From positions 5,642,001 to 5,706,000 of the forward strand of contig OY740811.1 in the NCBI GenBank assembly GCA_963514005.1: 64,000 bases of DNA, written 5' to 3'. This document shows positions 12,657 through 25,143 of the stretch, in pieces; within the stretch, counting starts at the first letter, position 1, and each line of letters starts with the position of its first letter. The notes under the pieces were generated by a model, which had not been told where the DNA came from, ran no database searches, and was given only the letters and a program-made list of their open reading frames with translations. Made by a program: the position numbers and the translations under genes. This stretch comes from Raja brachyura (Eukaryota).

Positions 12657-12868
12657 TGTTGTTGTTGTCATTGTTCGTCCTTCGTAGTTGAAGAAGACCA
12701 TGACTTCAGTGTTTTTGTTTGTGGCTCCGGAGGTGACTGGTGAGACTATCCGGTCCCGGAAAGGCTCGCCCGCATATGGGACACAGTTGGGTTGGCGCTG
12801 CAGTATAAGTTGAAGTGGCTCGAGCCTTGCTCGCGGCGCATTTCCTCTGAGCTTCTGCGGTACAAGCA
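12657..12868 (-). mobile_element. RTE-clade LINE 3' end with C2H2-like C-terminus and (CAA)n tail
   Basis: ORF 12706-12909 ends ...CPICGRAFPGPDSLTSHLRSH. Short 3' UTR GTCATGGTCTTCTTCAACTACGAAGGACGAAC then ACAACAACAAC. Inserted in CR1. Confidence 0.8.
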
Positions 12869-13669
12869 ACCAAACACCGTCTCCTTATTGATCTTAAATG
12901 GCCCAACAATCCCTACATTGATCTCACTGTCCTCCATGTGCTTCTCCTTAGTGAAAACAGATGCAAAGTACTTGGTTACTACCTTGCCCCTGACACCGAG
13001 CATCAATTCCCTCTTTTACCCTTGAGTGGTCCTACCTTCTCCCAAGGTTATCCTCTTGTATTTTATGTAGGTATAAAAAGCCAAGGGATTTTCTTGAATC
13101 TGACTTGTTTATGACATGTCGTGACCTTTTGGTCCTTCTAATCAAGTTCTTTCCTGTTTACTTTATATTCCTCAATGGCCCTGTCTGACTTCTTCTTTGT
13201 AAACCTTACGTACACCTACTTTCTCTTTTTGACCAAATTTACAACCACTTTGGTCATCCAAGGTTCCCTAACCTTACTCTTGACTCGAACAATCCAGTCT
13301 TGAACTCTGACCACTGACCACTAAACAACTCCCACATGTCAGATGTGGACACAACTACTCCCAATATATTCTCCCTAGCTCCTGCCTAATGTGCTGCTAT
13401 CTGGTTTACCCCAATTTGGTATCTTCCTGCAAGGTCCAAACATCCTAATTCATAACTGTCTTAAAACATATACAATTGTGACCACTGTTCCCAATATACT
13501 CTTCCACTGAAATGCCTGTCACCTGGCCAGGCTCATTTCCCAGTACAAGGTCCCGCTTGTGGCTACAGAATCACATGTCTGTCCCCTGAACTAACATGTC
13601 TTCTATCTGCCTTGTTGCCCTCACCCTTCCCTGCTGTAGCTTCCTGAATGGAATCTGAATGAAAGCAAT

Positions 13670-14960
13670 ATGTAAACCAGGATCAATAACTGCCGCATTC
13701 ACATTGGGTACAGGATCAATAACGCATTGCCAACATTAAAAACAGTTCCATAAATGCTTACGCATTCTGGTTTTAGTTTCATTCAGTACAATACCCTCAC
13801 TGCAGGTACAGGTTCTATTTCGGCAATATCTAAACCATGTGCTGCCTCAATTAATTTAGTGCCTACTTTAGGTTCAATAAGTGCAATACCAGGAATGATC
13901 CAAGAAGTGCATGTCCACACAACGTACAGGTTGAATTAATTCCGTGTGATATCTATAACATCAGGATATAAGCACAGTAAGGGCATAATAAATGTTGTCT
14001 CCACACTATGCACAGATTCAACATGTACAGTAATCACATTGGGTACAGGATCAATAACACATTGCCAACAGATTCCATCAATGCTTACGCACACCACTTC
14101 AGTTTCATTAAATACTAAATACAGTGATCATACTGGGTACAGGCTAAACACATGCATATTCTACATCACTCAATAAATGCACAATCCATATTTGATACTA
14201 GTTCAATACAGCAGTTACCACATTGAATGCAAGTTCAATAATTGCATCATCTACTGGACATTCAAAATGAGCTTCAAAATGCATTATCCTCATAATATGC
14301 TGGTCTAATAAATAAAGGTGTAGGCACGGATATCAAGTTTTCTTTATTTCCATATGATATAGAAAGAGGCCATTTCAACCAATTGAGTCTACCTCTGTGC
14401 ACAGAGCAATTCCATTTGTCATTATTTTTCCCTCCAGCCTACTTCCCTCAACACTCCCAGATTCTTAACTTCACTGCAATTGAGGCAATTTACAGTGACC
14501 AGCTAAACTACCAACCTGCACACAGGGAGAATGGGCAAACTCTGTACAGTCTATACCAGGGGTCAGGAATTAAAAAGGGGCACTCAAACAGTGAAGTACC
14601 ACTACCATTCCAAAACAAATCCACAAGATATTGATAATGTGAATGCAATATGCACTTCAGACACAGGTTCAATAATTGCAGTGTTCAGAGAAGACATCGG
14701 TTTCATATATACAGGTTCAATAAATGCAACAGCCATACAAGGTGTGTGTTAATCAGTGCTGTGTACAGTTTCAATAAATAATGTACTCACACCAATAATA
14801 AGTTCAATGAATGCAGAATGAATTCAGGTAACACTTCATAAATAAAATTAATTGCTTAACAAAGTAAATGCAGTAACTATACCATGTCCAGCCTGGATAC
14901 AGTTTTAATAAATACAGTATCCATTTCAAGTTGAGATTCAGTGAATGAAACAAAACACAC
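13670..14960. repeat. Cryptic degenerate ~33-bp tandem array (right part; a decayed SINE piece lies at ~14350-14610)
   Basis: Same GGGTACAGGWTCAATAA(A)TGCA core as 10185-10902, e.g. at 13705, 14040, 14664, 14711. Confidence 0.7.
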
Positions 14961-16099
14961 TATAATGCATCAATATTCCATTGGGCTTGGAAGAAAACTA
15001 ACTGATGGGGAAGGGGAACTCTTTGATGTTGATTACCGAGGTTGTTATGTGAATTGGCCATTAATGCATACGTTGTGGGTTCACTTCCATTTGAGGGTTT
15101 TTCTGTGGAGTACGGGAATGAGGGGAATGGAAAACATTAAATGAAACAATAGAAAGGGATTATTGGACTTACAGGAAAGGAACAACTTGATATTTCTCCA
15201 TTTACAGTGGAAGCTGTCTATAACTCATTCCATTTGCAGTATTTCAGAAATATTGTAAATCTTTTATTGATCCCAGAGTAATGAAGTACCACAAACATTC
15301 TCAGCCATCCCGCTGATTTGTTCATAACTCAGCTGTGCTGCAGATGACACATTGCAATCATAATGTTTCACAATGGCTTAATAAATGTTATATTGACTCC
15401 CTGGATGATCTAAACTGGCAACTTCAAATATGAGTCTGTGTGGAATCAATTCACTTCAGCTGGCAAATCAGTGTACATGCTACATTCCTTCAGAACTCCA
15501 AGCAGCAGGAGGGAGGATTGAGCTAATGTTCACTATGGTAGGGCTCCTGTTGATCAGCGCTTCAGTGTGAACTATGAGTACAGGATTGGAGCTCAGATGA
15601 ACAGATCGCTAATGCATACAATAGCCAACAAATTAGAGTGCATAGTGCCTGTTTTGTACGTAAAATGGTGGAGAAAAGCATAGTTTTGCACGTTTTAAAA
15701 ATGATAGAAGTCATATCCAGTGGAAGTCCCACCCTTCGGGAGATTCAACACAGCACAGCTGAAATCTTCCCTGGGTCATTTGTGCATGTGCTCATATTAT
15801 TAATATATGTTGCACTCATCTCTCCCTCATTGACAGAAACCACAGCCATAATATGCCAACACAATTCTTCATTTTTAGCTCCCAGTGAAACAAATAGCAA
15901 GTTCCGCTGCATCAGCTAGGACGCATGAATTGAAGGGTCCCAACTGGTACACCAACATGCCCACCCCTCCCCCAGTTCATCTAGTCTGCGAGGCAGCCTT
16001 TAGTACTGTGGCTGCCATGGGGAGAGTTCTTTAAGGCCAGAACTTGCTTGGTATAATTTTGAGCCACTAAGGCATGGCACCTGCTATCTTTTTGTGCAG

Positions 16100-16215
16100 T
16101 TTTGTTTAGTTTTGTTTGGGTTAGGTTAGTTTACTTTGGAGATACAGCGTGGAAACAGGCCCTGAGGCCCACCAGGCCGATGATAACCTGCTATTTGCAT
16201 CGCGCCACCACCATT
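16100..16215 (-). mobile_element. Internally deleted HE1 SINE remnant
   Basis: (TTTAG)n-like tail plus GATACAGCGTGGAAACAGGCCC joined to CGCGCCACC head. Confidence 0.6.
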
Positions 16216-17109
16216 TCCTAATAGTTGCTATTGGGAACCGTGCAGATCCACTTTAAGGAGCAGTCAGGTTTGAAACTTCTAAAAGGTAAGTGTGTTCCAA
16301 TTTTGTGATTTTTTTTGACGTGCCCCAAATAGGTGCTAATGTTAATTACCTCACATCTTGAACTCCCCAAGATAAGAGTGAAAACCCTTTTTTTTAGACA
16401 TATATTTATGTGCGTGTCACTCAGCCAAAGAACAACTGCACCTTGAGTACAAAATGCCACAATATGGGGCAATGAATTTGGAGGTGGGAGGTGGGAGTAA
16501 GAGGAATAGGACATGGTGGCAGCTTAATAGCAATGTGGGTTTTCAATGCTTTTGGAATTAATAGCTGATGCTGAGCACTAATGAAAGACATGTTGTATCA
16601 GCAGCAGCGGTGCTGGGATGTTAGCATTTGAACAACGGGCTAGGTAAGTATAATCAATGGCTTTCTGTCACTTCCCTGTAAGTGATACACATTCCTCAGA
16701 GATAAAGAGCGAGGACACAGCCTCTTGCCCTTGGTGCCTCCTCACCTCTCTGGTGAATACTGTTTGAATTGTGCTTATTTATGGCAGGGAGAACTGATAC
16801 CCATCAGCGGTAGACAACTTTGCTGCCTGACAGAATAGCTTGTCTGGAGCACTGTGTGTGGCACTCACTGTTGAAAGCTGCCCGATAATCAGACAACACA
16901 TTTTATTTTCTCTCTCTCTCTGCCGTTAAATCCACTACCCGCTCGGGAATGTCACCAAGATGCACAGCATAGGTACACCATCCAGGAATTGTGCCATTGA
17001 CTGCTTGCACTCCCCACACAGGGACTAGACAAACAGAAGAAAAGTAGAAGCCAAGATCCATAAATGACATTAGTTTTCGACAGAAAAAAACATAAAGATT
17101 GAAGTGATG

Positions 17110-17255
17110 TGTAGGATGTGCTGATGCGGGTTTAAACCGAAGATAGACACAAAAAAGCTGGAGTGTTCCCAGCAGGTCAGACTGTATTTCTAGAGAAAAG
17201 GTATAGGCGATGTATCTTAAGGGGTTGGACTACATCATATTGTGCTTTTATCTGG
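17110..17255. mobile_element. PLE terminal fragment(s)
   Basis: TTTAAACCGAAGATAGACACAAAAAAGCTGGAG signature. Confidence 0.6.
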
Positions 17256-17257
17256 TA

Positions 17258-17405
17258 AAGTAAGTAAGTAAGTAAGTTTATTGGCTAAGTATTCACATAC
17301 AAGGAATTTGCATTGATGCTCCGCCCACAAGTAACAACATGACATACAGTGTCAGTTACGAATGACTCAGAAAACACTAAACATTAATAATAATAAAACA
17401 TTAAC
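17258..17405 (-). mobile_element. Rex1/L2-type LINE 3' tail with (TAAG)n microsatellite end
   Basis: AAGTAAGTAAGTTTATTGGCTAAGTATTCACATACAAGGAATTTG. Confidence 0.6.
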
Positions 17406-19649
17406 GTATGCAGGATATACAAATTTGCTTAATGTGTAGCATTTCTGAAATGCATTCACTAATACAATGTCAGCAAATATATGGTCAATTTTATGCAAAT
17501 CAAGTTCCCATGCACAGAACAAAATTGAATGTGGTCTGATTCAAATGGAGACAATGTGATCTTTTACATCCACACAAAATAAATGGAAAGACGCTTGATT
17601 TGCATGACAGCCCCTCCAATAACGTAATGGTCCCTTGCAGTGAAAAATACCTAACATTGAAACTTAGCAGGTTCGCAACTACTTCAAACCCGTTTTCAGA
17701 AAAACATCAGGTCTAGAAATTAGATTGTGTAGGGCCTGTTTTCGGTGAAATCCAAAATCAATTTTATCTTGAGTGGATCGCATTAGCATTCATTTCTGAG
17801 TTAAAGAGATATTTACAAAATTAAAACGGGCACTTCCGTGGGGCCCATACAGAAGTGCCTAACCTCTTGTAGCATCAGATACATGTGCAATGGCATCATG
17901 CTGTCAACACATGCATCCTCCACACTGCTTCCTATGAAGTTAGACCTCACACACTGAGAGAACCACTGCCATACGACAGAAAGGAGCACAGAGGAATCTC
18001 ACTGGGATGTAAAGTGAAGGACTCCTGATGGACTCATAATCCAATGGAAAAATATTATTATTACCTTGCCCACCAATGTTCGCATTGTCTTTAATTTAAA
18101 CATGCTGCACTCTATACCTCACCAATCATCTTGTACCTTGCAATAGTCTGGCAAAGCATGGTGTGGGACTCCAGTGGCTTGTGTGTAGGCAGGCCGCATA
18201 CAATGACGTTTTGGCTAGATTCCCCCTAACCTATGGTTCCTTTGCCATGATGGTATCCTTCAATGTAGTTAGTGAGTGATCACCAGGAAAATAGATTTTT
18301 TTAAGGTTTGACCATCTTCTCTGCACACAGGCAGGCCAATGAATCTCTGGCTTCCAATGGGGAATATGTACCTCAGGGTTTACAAGACAATTTCAATGGC
18401 CATTGCAACCAATTTTGGATAAAGTCTTCTGAACAAATGCTCGTCTTCCCTGCAAAGATTTTGCACTTTTTCTAAATAGATTCAATTCAATTTCTATCTA
18501 TTAAGACTTTGGGAAATAGTTTAGCAATTTATTATTTAAATTTCAAGCTTGAAAGCACCTGTGAAAACTCTCGAATTGAGACACATATGGATTGCAGATA
18601 ATGAAATAATGATTTATATATTTTAATCTCCACATCTTATTTATATTTTACCCAATAACTAAAAAAATACCTCAGATAATTAATAATACGAGAAATGGAC
18701 GAACAACTAAGTATTTTTGTAGGCAGCAAAAACATAATCTTTTCTTAGATTAGTTTTGGAATCCCCGAAGTCTGTCACCTGAGATGAACTGTGTTAACCA
18801 TACTGGTTATTCACCCCATGGTCTGAGTAGATGCTGCTCACAGATTGCCCATTTGGCTATCCCCACTGCAAATCATCTTCACACAGGAACTAGCATTTTG
18901 CAATCTATGGAACTATGTTATAATTTTGCAGTACCTGACCAGTTTGTCAGTTGTAATCACGAGTATCTTTAACAATTCTTATGTCGGCTTGCTCTCTTTG
19001 GCTTCTCCTGATAGTTCATTGAGTACGGGACCATCTGCTGTGATATGCTGCATACAGAGGCAGATTTGATGCAGAATATGTGCTGTCAGCCAGGACGTGA
19101 GCTAGAGATGCTACAATCTGGTTTGGCGCTTATAAGGTTGCAGAAGGGATAAAATCAATCAGGATTCAAGACTACAAACATTTATATTAATTACCTTGTT
19201 GAACGTTTGGCTGCAACATGTCTAATTATTTTTCAGTACTTCTGTGCAGAAAGATGTGGAATGAGGAGGGTGCAAAGAGTCCGATATGGAATATAGACTT
19301 GTTAATTGTGAGGACAATAGATGAAACACATTCAGAAATTATCAGTCTTTGCATTTGGTACAAATAATATTTTTTTAAATGGCAAGAACCAAAATAAATT
19401 GGTGTAGAAAGGATTTGTTACTCTTAGTATGCATTAAGCGGGTTTGCGGGCAAATCATGCAGGAGTAAGGTACATGGGCATACAAAGGAAATAAATACAA
19501 TCTTACACTGAGATTATGCAGGGCTTTATTGAAATCAGATCTGGAGTATGATGAACCGTTTCAGGCCACTGAGCTATACTTGGCTTGGACTTGGCCCTAT
19601 GAAGGTTAGGTAGTTTGATTGTCGGGGGGGTTGATGCCTACGTTGTCCT

Positions 19650-19930
19650 ACATCCATCTAAATCTTTCCTATCCATGTAGCTGTTCAAGTGTCTTTTAAT
19701 TATTGTTATTGTACCTGCCTCAACTCCCTAAATCCCTCTGCTCTACACACTCCCCAGTACGCGGCCACTCGCTGTAATGGTCCTGCCTTGGTATGGCCTC
19801 CCAAAATGCAACATCTCATACTTATACATTAGCCACTCCTCAGCCCACTGGCCCAACTGATCAAGATCCTGCTGTAACTTGTGATAAGCATCTTCACTCT
19901 CCATGACAACACCCACTTTAGTGTCATCCA
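19650..19930 (-). mobile_element. CR1 RT fragment
   Basis: ORF 19743-19931 DDTKVGVV...LQQDLDQLGQWAEEW...LHFGR. Confidence 0.85.
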
Positions 19931-20600
19931 TTACTACTCAACAGATGTTGCTCAACTGGAAATGGTGCAGAGATTTATGAGGATGTTGCCAGGACTCGAG
20001 GGCCTGAGCAATCAGGAGAGGTTGAGCAGGCCAGGACTCTATTCCTTGGAGCGCAGGAGGATGAGGGGTGCTCTTATAGAGGTGTACAAGATTATAAGAG
20101 TAATAGATAAGCTAATGGCACAGAGTCTTTTACACAGTGTAAGGGAATCGAAAACCTGAGGTCATAGGTTTAAGGTGAGGGGGAAAATATTTAATAGGAA
20201 CCTGAGGGGCAACTTTTTTACACAAAGGGTGGTAGATTGATGGAAGGAGCTGCCGGAGGAGGAAGTTGAGGCAGGCACAATCACATTCATATTCTTCAGA
20301 GATGCTGCCTGACCCAGAGTCACTCCAGCATGTGGTGTCATTTTCTGTAAGCCAGTTTCAGCAGTTCATTGTGTCTAAGTTACAAATGGAATCTGAGGGG
20401 AAGGTTTTTTCTACAGAGTGGTTGATATCTGGAACACGCTGCCAGAGGATCAAGTGGCACACGAGAGACACATTCATAGGCAAGGTGTGTAAGGATACAA
20501 ACCTCATGCAGACTAAAGGGATGAGTGCAGATGGGCACAATGGTAGGCACAGATACGGTGGCTGAAGGGCCGTTTTTATGCTGTACAACTCTGTGACTCG
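19931..20600 (+). mobile_element. CR1 3' fragments (interrupted by a PLE piece at ~20290-20375)
   Basis: ORF 19881-20159 LEMVQRFMRMLPGLEGLS...YSLERRRMRGALIEVYKI; tail GAAGGGCCGTTTTTATGCTGTACAACTCTGTGACTC. Confidence 0.85.
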
Positions 20601-21683
20601 GTGCAGCAGGTCCCCAGAGCATGTTGATGTTGTGATGAGTACTGGACGTACACCAATATTACAACAGGTACCAGAGAATGTACCAGAATTTGCAAAAGCC
20701 ACAGACGCAATAGCAGTACAAACTTGGCATAAAACATGAACATTTTGTCCCCGAGGGACAGCCAGTATTTTGGATATTCACTGTGTCTTGTGCCTGTGTC
20801 TAATCGCTGAAATATGCCAGAACATGAGTAATATCCCAGCAGTGCGTTACTACTAGATGAGATGTGATTCTTGTCACTCCAACCTTAAAAGAGGTCCAAG
20901 CTTAAATGTTCCATTTAAGTACAGATATGTACTTTTATGCATCTGGATGTGTACGTATAGATTTTTGGACATGATTTGGGCTTCCAAAGTAACATTTATT
21001 TTTTGGTTTTTGCTCTTGGTGCAAGAAAACCTTTGGTGCGCTGGGTTTTATGACACTGTGTTATCAGATGGTGGCGGGCTGCAATTTCACTGTTTTCTTC
21101 AGTTCAGTTTTGTTTCCTGTTGGATGAAAGTCAAGCTTTTGCAAAAAAAAAAGCTTTATCTTGCTGGCCTCTGACCTCAAGTCATTGCAACTTGTCTTGG
21201 ATTTAATTTCCAGCTTCCTATAGCTGTGATAGTGCTCTCCTTCATACTCGGTATATTCCCTTCATCCTCACCCTGCTCTTTTCCAGTTGTGACAAAGCCC
21301 TTTTACTAACTGGATCCAAAGGAAACTGGGTGGTCAGTGTCATTTGAAATCCTATTTGACAACCACAACTTCCCCCAAGCAACTCCCAGCCTGATAATTT
21401 AACCGTCTGTTGTCTATGAATTTGCTCCTTGCTGATAGAAATGGAAGGATGCGAGTCGTGAGAGGGAGGCTGAGAATGGGGCAAACTAAAAGTGTGGTCT
21501 GTCCTATTATAAACTTTGTTTTTCATTCACCCGTCTTTCAAAATACAGCATGTAGCAGATGCTGCACAATGTCTGAATTGTGAACAAAAATACCTGCACC
21601 ACATCTGCTGCAAATAACAGGCACACAATCCCAGAGTATCGAACATCCATGCTGCAGTTGAACTCGCTTTGTGGTCTTTCAGT

Positions 21684-21814
21684 CTTCTTCTTCTTCTTTT
21701 GTGTGGCGTCCACAGCCTAAAGTTGTAGGACAACTTGTTCTATGTGATCTTCTGTTTGTGCACATTGAGTCGATAGTATCAGTCGAAACAGGTGAAGGTT
21801 GCAATCCTCCACCC
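21684..21814 (-). mobile_element. 131-bp non-autonomous retroposon with degenerate HDV-like ribozyme head and (AAG)n tail
   Basis: 12-bp TSD TGGTCTTTCAGT at 21672-21683 and 21815-21826. Minus strand starts GGGTGG-AG-GATTGCA-ACC-TTCAC..CTGTTTCGACTGA-TACTATC and ends AAGAAGAAGAAGAAG. Confidence 0.8.
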
Positions 21815-22626
21815 TGGTCTTTCAGTGTATCCGCAGATGCCCGACGAAACGAAAGTCAAGACTAAGTCTTGAAAAAACGAAAGATAAAGTTCAGTCTTGA
21901 CACAGATTTCTATTGCATCAATATTTCTTTTGGTATATTTCCAGAGGAATGTTGGGCCTTTCATGCTGACATACTGTATCAAATCTATCCTCCTTAAAGC
22001 ATTTTCACTTGACACAAACCCAATGTCATGCTTTCTATGCCCCAGCTGATTACATACTCTCCCATCTTCACTTCTTTCTCCTACAAAGTGTAATATTTGC
22101 CTCTGATTCATTAATTTATTTCTAATATATATTAAGACTTGGTTTTGGCCAAGTGTCAGAATTCCACACTCAAGCTACTCTTTCAATGCTTTTTTCTCCC
22201 TTCTCTTTAAGTTTTTGATTGAATTATTTTAGTTTCATTAACTTCTTCCCATCTCAGCGAAGAGCTGGAGGAGTGAAACGATCTTTCACCATTTGACCTT
22301 CACGGTTGTGGAGAGTGATATTGCATCGTTGCTGATTGCCCGACTCCAGGAAAAACGTGAACGCTCGGCTGTCTCTTCATCTGCCAGTACCATTCCTGCC
22401 CTTTCCCAATTTGGAACATTTTGGTTATTTTCACTAGCATAATGTAACACTCTTTCATTTACATAGCCTTTAACACAGAAAACGCTGCTTGGTGTGAGCG
22501 AATGAACGCTGGCTGTGCAGCGAGGACAAATAATTTGGGAAATTGGGCTTTGCTGATGCCACAGGCTTTATGATGGGAAAAGTGAAGTCCCAGTGTCCAG
22601 ATCCAGGCACAGACTCCAGGTAGCAG

Positions 22627-23062
22627 GGCTGATGTTAAAGACGACTGGTGTTACAGGCCTGGTGTTACAGGGCTGGTGTTACAGAACAGATGTTGCAGAG
22701 TGCTGATGTTACAGAACAGATGTTACAGAGTGCTGATGTTACAGAACTGATGTTACGGGGCTGATGTTACGGGGCTGATGTTACAGGGCTGATGTTACAG
22801 GGCTGATGTTACAGGGCTGATGTTACAGAACTGATGTTACAGGCCTGATGTTACGGGGCTGATGTTACAGGGCTGATGTTACAGAGTGCTGATGTTACAG
22901 AACAGATGTTACAGAACAGATGTTACAGAGTGCTGATGTTACAGAACTGATGTTACGGGGCTGATGTTACAGGGCTGATGATACAGGGCTGATGTTACAG
23001 AACTGATGTTACAGAACTGATGTTACAGGGCTGATGTTACAGAACTGCTGTTACAGAGGGCT
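22627..23062. repeat. Minisatellite, 14-16-bp unit core CTGATGTTACAG
   Basis: About 30 direct copies with variant spacers GG/GAA/AGTG. Confidence 0.95.
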
Positions 23063-23379
23063 CAACAGCAACAGTTGAAGAGGGGAGGCAGTATAGAATC
23101 ATAGAATTATAGAGTAGGAAAGTTTCACGGAGCTTGAAAGGATTGCAGAAATACTGTGAATTGATTTATATAATTTTTGATATTGTTTATTGCTTTAAGA
23201 ACTAATAATCATGTTTTCTTTGCAACTCCAATTTTTTGGTTAGCAATTGATTTTTCTGGAAGAACAATGAAAGATCTATTTGATGCCTTTCAAAATCTCA
23301 GGAAATCTCTTAAAGCACATCACGGATTATTGTTACAATGTGTGAAAATCAGGCAAAGCCTATACTGCCTTTATTGTCA

Positions 23380-23586
23380 GAAGCTGCCAGAGGGGGTAGT
23401 TGAGGCTGGGACTATCCCATTGTTTAAGAAACAGTTGGACAGGTACATGGATAGGACAGGTTTGGAGGAATATGGACCAAGCGCAGGCAAGTAGGACTAG
23501 GGTAGCTGGGATACTGTTGGCCGGTGCGGGCGAGTTAGGCCGAAGGGCCTGTTTCCACATGGTATCATTCTATGACTATGACTATG
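23380..23586 (+). mobile_element. CR1 3' end
   Basis: LPEGVVEAGTIPLFKKQLDRYM (ORF 23177-23494 C-term) and tail GGCCGAAGGGCCTGTTTCC...CTATGACTATG. Confidence 0.88.
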
Positions 23587-24324
23587 TGAGAGTTTTGCTT
23601 CTTCTTGCAACACACGAGGTAGAATCAAAGTGAATAAGATTCTTCGATAGTCAAACATTCAACATTTTGACAATACTTAAATCACCTGCAGTTTAGCATG
23701 TAAAATTGACTTTATCTTTAGCATTTTTTTTTCATTTCCCTTCTTCAAAACAAAAAGGTTGGTTGAATAATGAACATTGCAAATTACACAAATTGCCCAT
23801 TCTTTGCTTTAAAAAACTAAAGAGCAGAGGAATGCCCTCGAACCACCTTTCATGCATGTCAAGGACAGATCCATGTGAGGAATATCAGACTGATTTTTCA
23901 CCAGAACGCAAAAATCGTTTTCCGCCTAAAATAACTTTCAATGTTGAGAAAGCATTGAAGTGGCACTGTGCAATATCATTAATGCATTCAGACCATTGTT
24001 TCAAGAAAGAACCATTGGCTGTAACCCGTTTGAAAATATCTGGGTCAGAATCTTGGTGCAAATTGTTTAGTGTTTGACAGCAGATATTTTCAAAATTATG
24101 GCTAAATTAAACACGAGCTGTTCAGCAATTTCATTAATGAATAGAAATAACAATTTTAGAATGACATAAATTTCAGTTTGAATTAAATAACACTGTTAAT
24201 TTGCTAAAAATATCTCCCCTTTATCTGGGATGTTGGTTTTTTCCAGCAGAGATCACTGGATAATAATGAGAAAGGGGATCTTTGGCTTGATACACAACCC
24301 TCAACATTGACAATGCAACATCGA

Positions 24325-24492
24325 ATATACAACAGTACAGCACAGGAACTGGCCTTTGGCCCACAAAGTCTACGCCAAACATGAAGCCAACAAACTCTTA
24401 TCTGCTTGCACATAATCCATATCCCTCCATTTCCTGCATATCCATGTGCCCAAATGTTCTTTAAAAGCCATTATGATATCTGCCTCCGCTAC
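24325..24492 (-). mobile_element. CR1 3' end, host of the Gypsy insertion (continues at 25144-25185)
   Basis: CAGTACAGCACAGGAACTGGCCTTTGGCCCAC...TCTGCCTCCGCTAC then, after the insertion, ACTATCACCCCCCGCAGTG. Confidence 0.75.
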
Positions 24493-25143
24493 TGTTGTGT
24501 TTCAGCTGTTGTGATAACTGAAGCCTTACACCATGATAAAGGTCCAAAGACTTTATTAACAACATAACATAGATAACTTCATACTAGCACGTCTTTCCAA
24601 TTCTAAAGGGAACTGGTAGGGAGGACTACTGTAAAACAAGTGGGCGTAACTACCAAAGCATGACTCATAACATGAGTGACACTGATCTACAACCTCCCTC
24701 TGAAAGAATCAATAACATGACAACCCCATTAACTAAGTAAGGCATGCATAGCAACTAATAACAAAGTGGGGAAAAGTCAAACATAGTCCGGGTACTTCAC
24801 AACCGGCCTACAAATATCACCAGCATGTGTACGATAGAGGCCATCTCCGTTCTTTACCTCCGGGGAGAGGACAGGTGGTTTCACAGGCGAGGGAGACTGG
24901 ACCAACATCCCTGGAGATGAAGCAGGAGACTGTGGTGCAGGCGAAGACGTCACTGTCTGAGGAGCCGTTGCAGACATGGATTGTTGTGCTGAAAGAGGCA
25001 TAGGAGTGCCGCTAGACGCTGATGGAAGTGTATTTGTACCATCTGGATAATATAGAGGAGGAACTGGTTCATTCACAGGCAGGATATGCTGTCTGTTACG
25101 CCTGTAGGTGCCGCCATCAGCACTGACGATACACAGATCTACA
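24493..25143 (-). mobile_element. Internally deleted Gypsy-type LTR retrotransposon (3' LTR 24493-24691, PPT, integrase C-terminus, stub of 5' LTR)
   Basis: Minus-strand LTR TGTAGATC...CACAACA with AATAAA (~24552); PPT AGAGGGAGGT abuts the LTR. ORF 24777-25175 has YRRNRQHI and YRTHAG..RPVVKY integrase-tail motifs. GATCTACA LTR end recurs at 25136-25143. Decayed 5-bp TSD GCTAC/ACTAT. Confidence 0.82.

Larger units (their letters stand above)
10903..13555 (-). mobile_element. Long decayed CR1 LINE ORF2 fragment with 3' tail (~2.6 kb including two nested insertions)
   Basis: RT-like ORFs: 11818-12051 (DFGNVFDNVPHDRLIQKVK...SGVLQGPLLF), 11612-11962 (PDTKIGG...LQNWAEK), 11511-11711 (KCEVLHFGR), 11222-11449 (LEKVQKRFTRM), 12746-13006 (YFASVFTKE). 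Confidence 0.92.

Noticed and set aside
10185-14960. CRISPR-like interpretation of the 33-bp palindromic repeats
   Set aside because: Units are contiguous and degenerate with no unique spacers, there are no cas genes, and the context is eukaryotic.
22240-22442. Possible coding exon after acceptor CCCATCTCAG
   Set aside because: No donor site and no recognisable peptide in any frame.
22627-23062. CRISPR-like array
   Set aside because: Spacers are only 2-4 nt variants; an ordinary minisatellite.
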